Position numbers and translations under genes: made by a program. A stretch of 64,000 nt of DNA from Schmidtea polychroa (lineage: Eukaryota), in NCBI GenBank assembly GCA_044892525.1, contig CM097885.1, positions 160,270,001 to 160,334,000 of the forward strand. The letters run 5' to 3'. The notes under the pieces are model-generated. The model was not told the DNA's origin, searched no databases, and was given only the letters and a program-made list of their open reading frames with translations. Each line of letters starts with the position of its first letter. Within the stretch, counting starts at the first letter, position 1. This document shows positions 1 through 13,698 of the stretch, piece after piece.

Positions 1-1473
1 ATGACAAGGTTAGTTTAATTTTTTCGTCTCATTTCTTGAGTTTTGATTTCTAGTAGTTTTGAAAGTGATATTATTATCATAAAATTTAAAATAGGCAATT
101 CAATTATCCTTATTTAATAGGAAATATATTATATTTCCCAGACTATATTTGCACTAGGTCAACTTTACAAAGCAGAACATTGAAAGAAAAACATTCATTC
201 ATCCATAACTTGGTGTAAAGACAAATACAGAAAATATCAAAACGATTTCCAATCACTAGTGAAATTAAAAAAATTTATTTATTTATTCAGCTAAATTCCT
301 GATTACGGTAGTTGATAAAAATACAAAAATTGAATGTAGCTTTTAAGTCATTATTCACGCTGGTTAATAATTAATATTTTAATAATAAGAATGTTTTATA
401 CATCGCCTAATTGAAAATAATTTAATCGAATAAGTGAAAAAAAGATTATCTTATTTAGTAACAAAAATCGTCTTTTCTCAATTACCGATCCTCTTCATTT
501 GCTTATATTGCCCTGTCTCTTGAGTGACAATTGTATTCATTTCATTTAAACCCATATTTAACATTGCCTTTTAAATTAGTAATAAAATATCAAAAACTGA
601 AAGTAAATTAGTCATATGATTTTTGGAGTACTGTAAACATATTATAGTGTTATTTAAATATCACATTGAATTCCATTTATTTATAGTTTGTGTATATAAT
701 TGTTTTATATTGACTGCGAACAAACTAGCCCAAATTAAAAAATATATTAACTAATCAACAAATTTATTATTTGAAAGCTTTACATAAAATAAAATTTAAC
801 ATTTTACACATGGAGCGTCACGTAACAAATCAAAAACTCGCGCATTGGAACAAATTTAATTTACATACAGATTCACAACTAGAGGCTACATTGTCCGTAC
901 AGCATAAGACAAAATGCCCACCGGTGGCCACGTGTTTATACCCGACTGTTCGTCCGTTTGCACATTTTCTCGACAGTAAAAATAAATAATTTTAGTTTGG
1001 AAAAAATCAGAATAATCGAAAAAAGGCTACGATATAATTGTGAACTCTGTTTGAAAATCTAAATCTATATCAGGATCACAGGAAATGTGTTCCAAGATAA
1101 AAAAATATTTAACCCTTGAAAATGAGTTATGAATATTTTTCACTAGAAACGCTTTTAACTGCTAACTGTTAATCTGAAACTGTTTATTGAGTGTAAATAA
1201 ATCTGTTGTGTCGAAAAAAGATGCTGAGATATAAGAAATGATATTTGATGGTAAAAGATTATTATTCAATTTCCTCAATCGAATTGTTGAATAAACACCG
1301 GCATTATCAAGATGTCACGCGACAACGCATCAATCGCATACATTAAACGCAAATGAGTGGTTGACGGTTTCAACGATAGTTTTACAATGATAATTCTCTG
1401 GGTTTCAAACATCACAATATCTACTAAATGACGACTTATTGTTATCATAGAGATGTGAAAATTATTATGATTA

Positions 1474-1872
1474 AATTAGTATTTACACATCATTTTCCTT
1501 CATGGCATTAACCTGGCCACAGATTTGAAATTGAGAAGCACACTATTTTTGATTTATCTTTTTTATTCACAAATAAAGTTCAATATGAAATATTTTTCAA
1601 AAGGTAATTAGTATTTACACATCATTTTCCTTCATGGCATTAACCTGGCCACAGATTTGAAATTGAGAAGCACACTATTTTTGATTTATCTTTTTTATTC
1701 ACAAATAAAGTTCAATATGAAATATTTTTCAAAAGGTAATTAGTATTTACACATCATTTTCCTTCATGGCATTAACCTGGCCACAGATTTGAAATTGAGA
1801 AGCACACTATTTTTGATTTATCTTTTTTATTCACAAATAAAGTTCAATATGAAATATTTTTCAAAAGGTAAT
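1474..1872. repeat. Tandem repeat, 3 x 132 bp, essentially identical units
   Basis: Unit AATTAGTATTTACACATC...TCAAAAGGT starts at 1474, 1606 and 1738. Confidence 0.95.
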
Positions 1873-3663
1873 AACAGTAAAGTTTTTTTTTATTTCCATT
1901 GATCGAAATAAAGGCTTTATGGTTAGATGATAAAATCAATAAAATTCTTACGGACAAGTACAAATTCTAGGCAGAGCTTTTAACAAATTCTAATTGGACA
2001 AACGGTGGAATTTGTACGCTATTTTTCTATTGTAAAATCAAAAATAAGGACCAATGTTGTTATCCTAAGAATAACGCCTACTTAACGTTCCCACATGAAT
2101 TTAATATGGATTTGTATGTTTTTTAAAGGATGCTTATGCTCAAAAATCCTAAATTTGTCACCGGCAGTTATTTAATAGAATTCAATGTTTCAAAAAATTC
2201 GATATGGAAACGAAAAATGGAGTTTTATGGATAAATTTAAAATAATTTTTAAAAATTCAATGTTGTCTTTCAGAAATATTATTTCCCTTTTCTTCAATTA
2301 TCTTTTAAAATTTATTTAAGACACATTTTCGACAGTTTTTCTAAAAAAAACTTCAAAACAATTGGAAGGAAAGGAAATTTTTACCTTGTGAGCTTGTAGA
2401 TAAATCTTTTACAGGAAAAATAAATTTTTCAATGCGGTTTTTTAATGCTAAAAGTAAAAACGCGTTAATATTACTAATTGACAGAATTTTAAGCATGTTT
2501 GATAGAGTTAGTTCTAATTTTCTTTATCAAGAAAAATCCTATATTATATGAGGTGTCACGGATACAATTTATTGAAAAGTGAACACTAAAAATAATGTGT
2601 AAAATTTAGAGTCGAAAAAGATGAAGTTGGTGCAATTGAACAATCTTAACGAGGAATTCATCACAAGCACAAAGATAGAAAAACTCGTGTATTCAATATT
2701 TGGGGGCACATTTTTTTTGTAATAGATTAAGAAGTGGGCCAATGGGTGTTATGTTAGTTGTAAGATAAAATTACGTCATGAAGTATGAGAAGTTTATATG
2801 ATCGTACAGTTCCCCTCTACATCTACCTCAACTTTTGTATGTTTCATCATTGAAGAGTAATTTTAAAGTCAAAATAAATATATTGCATAGGCTTGGACGA
2901 ATTTTTATCCCATGAAATATGACCAAGACACAAAGATGGAAGCATGCCCATGCATTGTTTACATAATTTATTTTTAAACATAAAATAAGTGGTTTTAATG
3001 AATTAAAACCCGTTTAACAGTTAAAGTTTTGGATTACTCGAATTCCAGAGGTTAATGAAATGGATTACAATTTCACGTTTACTAGAACTAATATCTGCTT
3101 TGGAAGAATTTCAGTTATAATTTCATAATAACCTTGTGCAAATTAGCGGTTTCTCCAATTGTCAAGTGCAAGAATTTGTAAAATATTCAGCTCTCCACCT
3201 CAAATTCCTGAAACCATTAATGGGAGAACCCATGTTTACCAATAACCTCATGTAATATTTCTAAACTTGTATACCATTCTCTTATCAGCATTTTTCTATA
3301 GTTTTCCATTAATTAGAGAATATTAATTCAAAATTTTGGCATTTAATCATAATCAAATCCAGTTTCCAATAAGAGAAATTTGAGACAATCGGCTATGTAC
3401 TTTGTGGGCGTATTTTGCTTTTATCACTATATAGGTTGAAAAATAGGCTTCGGTTAAATTATTATTAAATCCAATGAAGCTCACTGACAGGGAGTGGCTT
3501 CATTAATCAAAATGAACGCAAAATTCCATTGAGGTTACATTGAAAGCATTTTACTCGTATTATCCGCGAAGATCACAAATTTTCAAACATGATTTTAGAA
3601 ATATTAAGAGCTGTCCCCAAAATTTCGTAATATTTTCCAATTTAAGTGCAGTAAATGACAAAC

Positions 3664-3832
3664 GGGATGGAGGGGATTGAGACTGGAAGGTAGGAGGGAG
3701 ATAGAGGAGGAAATGGGGGAAGATATGGAGGAGATAGGGAGGGGAGGGGAAGAGAGGTAGATGGGGAAAAGGATAGAAGAGGAGTAGAGAAGGGAGTGGG
3801 GAAGTAGAGGAGCAGAGGGATGGACAAGGATA
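3664..3832 (+). repeat. Polypurine (G/A) low-complexity tract
   Basis: Almost only G and A, with many GGG/GGGG runs, in an otherwise AT-rich background. Confidence 0.85.
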
Positions 3833-4411
3833 GTAAAGCATACTTAAACCATTATAATTTTGCTTATTTATTTAATTTAAAAATAAAATTAGGACCGTCA
3901 TCCACACTTAATAAAATTTGAGGTCTTTGACAAGCTTTTCATTAATCATATTTACTGAATTGTATACGATTTCTGTCGCTTCGCCCTGCTTATCAACAAT
4001 CGTTAAACACTTAAATACAGGAATTTACAAGCGTTTCAACACTCACTTTTTTACTGGCAAGATTAACATTTTCTGTGCTTTATTCACTTATTACTTGTCA
4101 AATTAATAAGCGCTCAGGCAAATTGCATACTAAAAACAATAATGGGCGGCTCCCAAATACGATTGATTTTATTGATCTTATTTCGTATTAATAAATTATA
4201 ATTAATTAATTAATTGATTGTGTATGTGTAATAGAAAGTTTAAAAATATTCCGGTTAAACATCATTATAAAAATTAAAATAAACATTTTAAAAAACTATA
4301 AAAATTATTATAAACTAAAAATATTAGTCTTGTAATTTCAGAAATATTATTAAAAATAATAATCAAATTATAAAATGTTAATTACATAAAATAATAAATC
4401 ATAACACTTAC

Positions 4412-4981
4412 CGGAGATATGAATATTCCATAGCATGTAACAATAAATGGACAATCATGACATCTGGTTACAACATCAAGATCACGGAAAATTCTTTTAT
4501 TTTCCTCAACTGAATGAGAACTACGTCTCATTTGTTTCACAGCCATTGGTATTGATGATAATCGTTTAAGACGCATTCGATACACGTTACCACAAGTTCC
4601 ATGACCCAGACTTGTTTCTATTTCGAATTCGTCCATTTTTGTGGTAATTTTCTATTAATATGTAAAATTATTATTCAATACTTATATTTAATACTTCATT
4701 GTTTATTGTCAATAAACCACTTTTTTGAAACAGTTCATCTTTTAATTCATTAATATTTAGTCTAATATTTCATAAAAACTAATGAAAAAAGTTTTAAAAA
4801 TACTTGTCAATTGATGACGGTGAGTGTGGTGACACATGAGTATCAGTATTTTCGATAGAAAACTTTGTTGACGGAGAACATGACCTTGTATTAGTTGTAA
4901 TTACTAAATATTATTAAAAACAAAAAATAAAGTTTAAAATATACATTTATTAGGCCTATTTCTATGCATAGATAAAATCAT
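4412..4981 (-). CDS. MAP2K7: MAP kinase kinase 7 (hemipterous-like), first four coding exons: 4981-4945, 4903-4804, 4761-4695, 4651-4412; kinase continues in exons not found in 1-4411
   Basis: Spliced product MILSMHRNRPNKLITT...SGLLTINNEKITTKMDEFEIETSLGHGTCGNVYRM...MAVKQMRRS...EENKRIFRDLDVVTRCHDCPFIVTCYG. The GxGTCG, AVKQMRRS, EENKRI and HDCP motifs are typical of MKK7. All introns are GT-AG and phase-compatible. Confidence 0.9.
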
Positions 4982-5612
4982 TTACAACGTTATAATAAAA
5001 AATTTAACATTGCCAACAAAATGTCGCGCTATTTATTATGCAAAGTCAAACAAAAAGGTGTTTAGTTTAAAATAATCTCAGCGCAACTTTTCTTTGTATA
5101 TTATTTAAAGTACAAGCAATTATTGTACAATTAAACTGTTTCATCATTTTAAAGTTGTATCAAAAGAAAATTAAGTTTTGGTAAAATTTAATAACAATTT
5201 TTTAATTATTTTTAAAACTAGAAGTTGGATTAAAAATTGTTATCCAATTATTTAATTAATTTCATCTCAAAATTTGCTTAAATAAATGAAATGTGGAATG
5301 AAAAATAAAATACAAAACACAGAAATTACACATTTCCCATTGTCTCTAAAATAAATTGTATAAAATTTTCAAAACATTGAGATAAAGCAGTTTTTCTATA
5401 AAATTTTCTAAGTAGTTTTATTAAATCATACAAGGTAATGATAACAGTGATGTTCAATAATTAATGTTTATTAATTATAGTTGTTTTAATAATTGAAAGG
5501 ACATGTTAGATTATTTAAATGTTTAAATATACTTTATTTATTAATTTTTATTTGTAAAGAAATTGTAACTGGCGATCCCGCCGAGAAAATTGAGCGGATT
5601 CACGCAGTGACA

Positions 5613-6590
5613 AGAAATCAGCATAGAAAGATGGTTATGGAATCTTTAACTAAACAGGCAAAAGACATTTTAAATTTTAATATCAGAAGATTCGAGGGCC
5701 AAAGCACGATAGAAGAAAAGAAATGGCTCAAGGATATTGAAGACTGGGTGATTCTTAATGATCTAAATTTAATAAGTATTTTTGATTTGTTATTGTCTGA
5801 AGAGTCATTTATTCTCTGGAAAGAATTTAAAGACATCTCCACAACAAATGAAAAAGCTCGTGAATGATTTATTGACACATTTACAAAAAAGAAGTCCATT
5901 ATGGATAAGATTTGTGACTTATCATCAATGAAACAAAATCATGACGAAAGATTCGTTACATTCGAGATACGAATGAAGAAACTCATTGACGAGGTTTTCG
6001 ACTGTGAAATTTCAAAAAAGAATATTGTTGAAATGATTGTGTGCAACAGAGTTCAGAATGAACGTTTGATAGAAAATATATCAACGAAGGCTAACATGAA
6101 GAGAGAAGAAATCAGAAATTTAGCAAAGGTATATGAGGCACGAGAAGGTTATGATGCAAAAGAACGATTGTAAGATGTTCAGACAGTAGCTAAATCAACA
6201 TATGCAAACGTTGCTCAAGATAAACAGAAGCAGTGGACTCAAAAATCATCTTTTGATAACAGAATATATTTAAGTCTTCAACCCGGAAAAAAGTTATCAA
6301 TATAGAAATGAAAGAAACGAAAGACAAATTGATAAAGTGAAACCGTGGCAGAACAATATAATGAAAGGACAACTACGGATCGTAGACCACCACCGCTAAT
6401 TTCAATGAAACATATCACGAGAAAGGTTTGTATTAGATGTTGTGGTTTATCTGAGCTAGCAGAAGAAAGGTTAAGACATGGTCAATGCTTTTGTTGTGTA
6501 CAAAGTGATCATATATATGCGTTTTGAGTGTCCGTTGAAGGGAAAATGTTTAATACGCGGTAAAGAAAGTCATTCATTTAGAAGTTGTTA
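5613..6590 (+). pseudogene. Gypsy gag (broken; degenerate CCHC knuckles at the end)
   Basis: ORF pieces 5493-5867, 5901-6173, 6345-6527; RRFEG..WLKDIE capsid-like motif; CFCC..DH knuckle remnant. Confidence 0.7.
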
Positions 6591-6859
6591 TTTGTTAGCA
6601 AAATTAAGAAGTAATACTCAAAAATCGGAATGAAAGGTGTATTGTATACACGAAAAAGACGACGATAGATTAATAGAATTGATAGAACCAATCATGCATA
6701 ATGTTGAGAAAAAAACCAAGAAGACCCTGTTGTTTACATTTCGTCAGTAGGGTCGAGACAGTAGATGAGTATAAAAAACGAAATGTTGTAACGAAGGATG
6801 TGATGTTTAAGAAGGATGAATATAGGAAGTGAAGTGCGATGGAAATAAATGAATTTTAT

Positions 6860-9800
6860 ATTGAAATGCTATGGGATTCAGGAGCTTCAATCAGTGTGAT
6901 GAGTGAAAGATGTTGGAGATTGATTGGTAGTCCAACATTGATGGAAAGCAGAGTATGGTTAAATTGAAGAGTTAGTAGAGAATTTATTAGAAGCTGGAGT
7001 TGTGAGAAAATTTCAGAGTCCGTGGAACACGGACTCTTGTGATAGTTGGAAAACCAGATGGTACTATAAGAATGTGTCTAGATTTTAGGTTATTAAATTT
7101 GTTGAGGTCTATAAATTAAAATTTAAATTTAAATAAAATTTAGGATAATAATTCAAATAGAAAGTAAGCGAAGAAAAAAGACAAGTAAAAGCGGGATCGC
7201 GCACAGAATCAATAGTAAAGGAAAGTGTGATGGAAACAGTATTAGAAAATGCCAAAAGCAATTACGAAAGGAAAGAATCCGGAAATCCGAGAAAAATCAA
7301 TAAAATGAAAAATCATCGAAATCGAATGGGAAAAACGGGACAGGTAGAGATTAGCTAATGGTCAACAAGATGATGATTAGGGATTTATCAGAAAATGGTT
7401 AGGAAGGGTCGAAAAACATTCAAATGTATGAAAACAGAAAACGTTAATTAATTAATTAATTGGCTAATGGAAAACCCGAGCCAATGGAGAACCCGAGAGA
7501 TAAAGGAAACCCGAGCTGGGTAAACAAGAAGAAAAGCAAACAGAAGGAAGATTTGGGCCCATTAGCTTGACACAATGATTAATGGGAAAAGAGCAAGGAG
7601 AAGATAGCGCGCGTAGGAAGACCGGAAGGGCTATTAATTATCTGGATTCGTTGGACCATTATGGATGACAGCCGAAGCAAATACGTAGGAGCAAATGTCA
7701 AATGAAAGATTGGCTCCGCAATAACCATTTGTCATCCTGATTTTGAGGAGTATATAAGGAAAGGGGAAATCAGAGAAAATCGGCATTTTGCCTCAGCTAA
7801 GGTTCGAAGAAACAGAGCTTAGGAAGAGACGGAAACGAATTAGGGAAAGTAGGGAAAAGACGAAATAGAATTAGGAATACGGAAAGGTGAAAAAGGAATC
7901 AAATCAAACAGAAACCGAGGAAAACGTGGGTCAAGAGAATCTAAAGGAATAAAAGGTGAATATTATTTGTTTGCAAAGCATCAACGCCGGGCGGAGAATC
8001 GTATAAAACTTTGATTAGTAATTGTAAAGTGGTGATAATAAATTGTGAACCTGTTGTTTCAATATACGTTGGGTCGTTCATTGTTTTGATTTAAAGAACA
8101 CTAGGAGTCAGAGGGAACCGACTTGAAATAATCTAAAACCCAACAAATTCAGTCACAAAAAAGTTGTCATTTCCGATGCCAGACATGCAGTTGTTATTGG
8201 ATTGTCTCGGTAAGTCAAAAATATTTTCATCAATTGATTTAGGTCAGGCCTATTATCAGATAGAGTTGCATGAAAATTCCCAAAGCAAGAGGGCATTTAG
8301 TACAAAAGAGGGACATTTCTATTTTAACAGGTTACCATTTGGTTTGTCAACAGCCCCTGCCACTTTTGAGAAATTGATGCATCAAATATTGGAGGGATTA
8401 ATTTTTAAAGGAGTGGTTGTATATCTTGATGACATTTTAATATATGCGGAAAATAAGGAAACTTAGGATAAACTTCTATTTTGAATTATTCACACGAATT
8501 AGAGATGCCGGTTTTAAAGTTAACCCTGAGAAATGCACGTTTTATAAAAGCGTATTAAATTTCATTGGACATACAGTGAGTGAAAAGGGAATTCAAACAA
8601 ATAAAAGAAAGATTTCAGAAATTGAAAATGCAACCAAACAAAAAAGTGTCACAGAATTGAGATCATTCTTAGGTTTACCGAATTATTATCGACGGTTTAT
8701 AAAGAATTATTCAATGATAGCAGCACCTTTGTATGCAGCAACGACAGGTAATGATAAAATGATTGTTAGGACTGAAGAATGTAGAAATGTTTTTTCAATT
8801 TAAAGAAACGTTTGTGTGAAGCACCAATATTAGAATTTCCAAGGGTAGATCGATTGCTTATCCTTGTTACGGATGCTAGTTTTTGAGTCTTAGGTGCAGT
8901 TTTATCTCAGATTAAGGAAGACGATACTGAAGGAGTGATAGCATATTGTTCAAGACATTTGACAACACATGAAATGGGATATTGTGTTATTAGAAAAGAT
9001 TTGTTGGCACTCCACGAGTTTATTGTACATTTCGGACAATATTTATATGGAAGAAGTTTTTTAGCCAAAACAGATCACAAGGCATTGGTGTTCATGAACA
9101 CGACAAAGAAATCAATAAGCCCACAGTTTCAAACACGGATAGCAAATTTATCTGAACACGATTTTGAGTTGCAATATAGGGAGGAAGAAGAACATGGAAA
9201 TGCAGATGGTATGTCTCGTTTAAATAATACGATATGCGCTCATTGTCGTCAGATGAAACACAAGGACACCAAAGAAACAAAGCGTAGAACTCGGTACATG
9301 AATAGTCTACAAGGAAGTTCAAACATTATGGAAATTATTAAACAGAAGCAAAACGAAGACAAAATTATTTATCATATCACATCTTAATGGAAATGAGGCT
9401 CATATATCTTATGAAACAATCAGTAGTAATATTTTCAAGTATTTAAAAATATTACAGATAGAAGACGACGTATTGATGATTAATACAGATGGAAAAATTG
9501 CAGTTGTAGTACCTGACACGTACGTAAAAACATTGGTAATTTATTTTCATATTGAATTATGCCATCTAGGCATTAAGAGACCTTATGTTATTTAAAAGAT
9601 TTTTTCTTTTGGCCATCCATGAATCAGAGTATTACGGAATGTATTAATAAATGCAAGATCTGTGCTAGTAGAAAGATGGATCAAGGAAGAACAAAGGAAA
9701 TTCTATTGCCAAGAACAGGAGATCGATTTTTAGAACAGATAGTAGTGGATATTGCATATATGGAAACTAAAGCAAGTAAGTAATATATGATAGTGATAAT

Positions 9801-10310
9801 AGATCGTTTTAGTAAATTGGTCAGTTTATCAACAACAAGTACACAGGATGAATTAACGATTTTGAATGTCATTCTGAATAATTGGATATATCGGTTTGGT
9901 AGACCAGAAAGCACTCTTACAGATAGAGGAGGAATTTTTGAAGGATCAAAGTTTCGTGATTGGATGAAAATATTTGGCAAAAGACAATAATTTAGTTCAC
10001 AATACCAACATCAATCAAATGGTTTAGCTGAACAAATAATAAGAACAGTTCGGGACATGCTGGCAACATCATTGACAGATATTAGAACAGAGAATAATTG
10101 ATGAGAATTGTTACCAAAGATTGAATTTAGTTTGAATGCTACAGTACAAAATTCGACAAATTTTTCACCTTTTGAAATTGTATATGGTCGGAAGACTAAT
10201 TTATATTCTAGATTAGGACACATACAAAAAAGCAGAGAAGAAATTGTAGATAAATCAAAAACAAATTTAGAGAAAGCAGCAACAACAATGAAAAATAGAG
10301 ATATAGACAA
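6860..10310 (+). pseudogene. Gypsy pol: protease (WDSGASIS), RT (CLDFRLLN, FGLSTAPATF, YLDD), RNase H, integrase (YHPQ-like HQSNG, SPFEIVYG)
   Basis: ORF fragments 8164-8466, 8444-8803, 8935-9387, 9787-9990, 10108-10314; interrupted by a solo LTR at 7100-8145. Confidence 0.9.
7100..8145 (+). mobile_element. Solo LTR nested in the Gypsy RT gene
   Basis: TGTTGAGG...CCCAACA with 4-bp TSD AATT. Removing it restores the in-frame RT sequence DFRLLNSVTKKLSFPMP. Homologous to 48769-49758. Confidence 0.88.
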
Positions 10311-11062
10311 GTAGGTACTCGAGTATTCATGGTGGGAGAGGAAGTATTAGTTCGTTTGGAACCACATAGACGAAAGAAGGAGGGAATTAAATATGAGGGA
10401 CTTTACAAAATTTTAAAATTCTTATCACCAAGACAAGTTGCATTACAATTTCCAAACTCAATCAAATCAAGAAGAATTGAATGACTGAAGAGATGCAAAG
10501 TAAATGAAGAGGAGGAGAGCGGTGTTCAATAATTAATGTTTATTAATTATAGTTGTTTTAATAATAGAAAGGACACGTTAGATTATTTAAATATACTTTA
10601 TTTGTCAATTGATATTATGATTTGTGAAGAAATTGTAACTATAACAATAAATTAAATGGAAAAATAAATCAGTGGTGAAATTTGAAAAAAAGTTCTTATA
10701 AAAATATTAAATTTAGTATTTAACAAATTTTTACCATTTTCTGTGCCATGCTCCGAAACCTTATTAAAAATGATTGACAATTGTCGACTAGTACATCGAA
10801 GAGATTAAACTCACTTATGTTACTTCTCTTTATTTTTAATAAAGATGAAATTTATTTAATCCAAATAATATCCGGAGTAATATTATTTGAAATTTAATTT
10901 AAGATACAATACATGTTAAAATATTTCTCATATTTACCATTAAAATATTTTATTTTTCCTTTCACATAGAAAACGAAATGTCATATTTGTCATCCTTAAT
11001 ATTTATTATAAATTTTAAATGCTCAAAAATGATAACATAAATATTTAGAAGAATATATAAAT

Positions 11063-11426
11063 CAGTGGTTCTCAATTAATATAAAAGCGCGGAACACCAT
11101 TCCTATGATTTTTTTACGCGGAACACCGACAAAAAATACTTGCCCACAATGAGTGAACAATCACAAATTATTAATCTGTCGTAAACCTAAACAATGTCTT
11201 CTTATAAGCAAAGAAAATACCACGCGTAACAATAACAATCAATAAAAACACTTTTATATCTGTATGTTTATATATCTGTGTAACGGCTTTCTTATTGAAT
11301 CATCTTATAAAAAATTAATTGAGGTTTTTGAGGATATGTATCTTAAATGCAAATTTTAAGATAAATTGCCATTTTTTTCGCGGAACACTGGAAGCGTAAT
11401 CGCGGAATACGGGTTGAGAACCACTG
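11063..11426. mobile_element. hAT-type MITE
   Basis: TIR CAGTGGTTCTCAA / TTGAGAACCACTG; exact 8-bp TSD ATATAAAT on both sides; internal GCGGAACAC subterminal repeats. Confidence 0.92.
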
Positions 11427-11565
11427 ATATAAATAATCAAATTAATCAGTCTAAAACTAATAATATGAATAATAATATAATGAAAACCAAAAGTAAATTA
11501 TTAGTTTGACTATCTAATAAAAATCATTTCAAAATTATTAATTATAATTTTTATCTTCGAAATTG

Positions 11566-12135
11566 TTATATAAATTTTAAGTTTTTACTTTCATTCATTA
11601 TTTCAAAATATTTTGACTGGCGTCGTTTTCGGTTTTCTTTGATTATGGGTTTTAAATACCAATTTGTATCATATATGCTATCGGTTCTCTGTTTTTCTAT
11701 TGAAGGTTGCTGAGGATCTTTACAAATGTTTTCTCTATACAACAATAAATTTCTCATAAATTCTTTTCTACTTTTATTTTCCATATAATCATTTGACGTA
11801 ACTATATTCGCAATATCTCTCCCGGTTGACGCCTGCAATAAATTGGATATCGTCAATCGTAAAACATCTAATATTATTGCAATCTGAAAAAATGTTTTTT
11901 CCGAAACATTTTCCAACAAAGTATATGAAGAATATATCAGTTCCAATAACTGATTTGATCTAATTTGATCTCTATACTTAATTATGGCGTCCAATATTTT
12001 CACACAACTTTCACAAAGGTAGTTTAATTCTTCATCGGTAACAACTTCTTTTTCTGTATCCTTTATTATCAGGTCTTTTAAATATCTCATTAATTCATTG
12101 ACCTTTTCTGTTGGAGAATTATAAACAATCGCCAT
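11566..12135 (-). CDS. Uncharacterised helical protein, 189 aa
   Basis: Uninterrupted ATG-to-stop ORF with protein-like composition; no motif recognised. Confidence 0.55.
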   Translation of the reverse strand: MAIVYNSPTEKVNELMRYLKDLIIKDTEKEVVTDEELNYLCESCVKILDAIIKYRDQIRSNQLLELIYSSYTLLENVSEKTFFQIAIILDVLRLTISNLLQASTGRDIANIVTSNDYMENKSRKEFMRNLLLYRENICKDPQQPSIEKQRTDSIYDTNWYLKPIIKENRKRRQSKYFEIMNESKNLKFI

Positions 12136-13117
12136 TTTATTAATTGTACTTATTGATTAACTTACAGATAGTCAAAAATTGAATATTTCTAATATATATA
12201 TATATATCAAAGTTTGTGTTTTCCCTCCTATACACGGTCTCAAATTACATCCAAATTCCCCCAAATTTGCAAGAATACTTTTAATACAAAATCCAAGTCA
12301 CTGGAAAAATATTCAAAAACTATATCAATATTCATTATAAAAATAATTAATTTTCAATTTGGGTGGCTACTACCAAGTTATAGTGATTGCAAAACCTAAA
12401 ACCGGAAACCGTTAGATGCTCCTGAGTAAAGAAAAAAACCGAATTTCCAAAAGCAAAACCGGTATTTTCGGTTTTTAAACTGCATTAAATATATGTTTTA
12501 GTTAAGTTTAAAATTCCCCACACTTCCAGTTTCCAGTTAAAAATTAATAAATAGTTATTTTTATTGTTGCTCTTACTTAAAAGTTTTGTTAATGAATTGA
12601 ATTCTAAATTTTTTATGTTGAATTTTATATAATTAATAAAAAAAGACAAATCATTAGAGGTTGAAGTTATTTTATTTGTTTCATTTAAAAATTTGTTATA
12701 TTTTTTATTATTCCGTCATTAGATAATATATATTTATGTATTAAGAAAACCCGGTTTTTAATTTTTGGCCAACATCGCAATCACGACCAAGTTAACTTTT
12801 GTCAACGTGAGTAGATGGATAGGGCACCGCTAGACCAGGACTCCGCTAGACCACATACCCCCACCCCCACTCTAGGGGACATTTTTAAAATTCTTTTCAA
12901 GGTCAAATTTTTTAATGTAAAGTTCATTTTTTTTTCTTTAAATTTGAAATTTGAGAGTTCCCGACAAGAGATATTATTATTATTTGAAAATAAAGGTCTT
13001 TGAAACACAGGGATTATTATTATATATATCCTAGTCTATCCGACAAAATATTTTGTCCCCCTATGGGTATTGTTCACAAAGGTACTGGTCATATTCAACA
13101 TGTCGCAAGGGTATTAT

Positions 13118-13540
13118 NNNNNNNNNNNNNNNNNNNNNNNNNNNNNNNNNNNNNNNNNNNNNNNNNNNNNNNNNNNNNNNNNNNNNNNNNNNNNNNNNNN
13201 NNNNNNNNNNNNNNNNNNNNNNNNNNNNNNNNNNNNNNNNNNNNNNNNNNNNNNNNNNNNNNNNNNNNNNNNNNNNNNNNNNNNNNNNNNNNNNNNNNNN
13301 NNNNNNNNNNNNNNNNNNNNNNNNNNNNNNNNNNNNNNNNNNNNNNNNNNNNNNNNNNNNNNNNNNNNNNNNNNNNNNNNNNNNNNNNNNNNNNNNNNNN
13401 NNNNNNNNNNNNNNNNNNNNNNNNNNNNNNNNNNNNNNNNNNNNNNNNNNNNNNNNNNNNNNNNNNNNNNNNNNNNNNNNNNNNNNNNNNNNNNNNNNNN
13501 NNNNNNNNNNNNNNNNNNNNNNNNNNNNNNNNNNNNNNNN
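13118..13540. other. Assembly gap (N run)
   Basis: Run of n. Confidence 1.
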
Positions 13541-13698
13541 ATTATTAGTTTTTATAATAAATTAAGACATTTAAAGATATATTGAATCACAGATCAATTC
13601 GATAACAATACGTCATCTATATCAATATCATTGGCATAATTGGCTTCATTGTCATCATCATTGAAATCTGGACTCATTCCGCTAAAAAGTGGACGAAT

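Larger units (their letters stand above)
5446..10640 (+). mobile_element. Decayed full-length Ty3/Gypsy LTR retrotransposon with short (about 125 bp) LTRs
   Basis: LTRs 5446-5570 and 10518-10640 (AGTGATGTTC/AGCGGTGTTC...TTGTAACT); 5-bp TSD ATAAC at 5441-45 and 10641-45; PBS-like TGGCGATCCCGCC at 5570; PPT AAATGAAGAGGAGGAG before the 3' LTR; gag, protease, RT, RNase H and integrase fragments in order, with many stops and frameshifts. Confidence 0.93.

Noticed and set aside
1474-1872. Regularly spaced repeats as a CRISPR array
   Set aside because: Whole units are identical, with no unique spacers, in a eukaryotic context.
13000-13585. ORFs spanning N runs (also 35826-36104 and 47878-48198)
   Set aside because: Artefacts of translating gaps.
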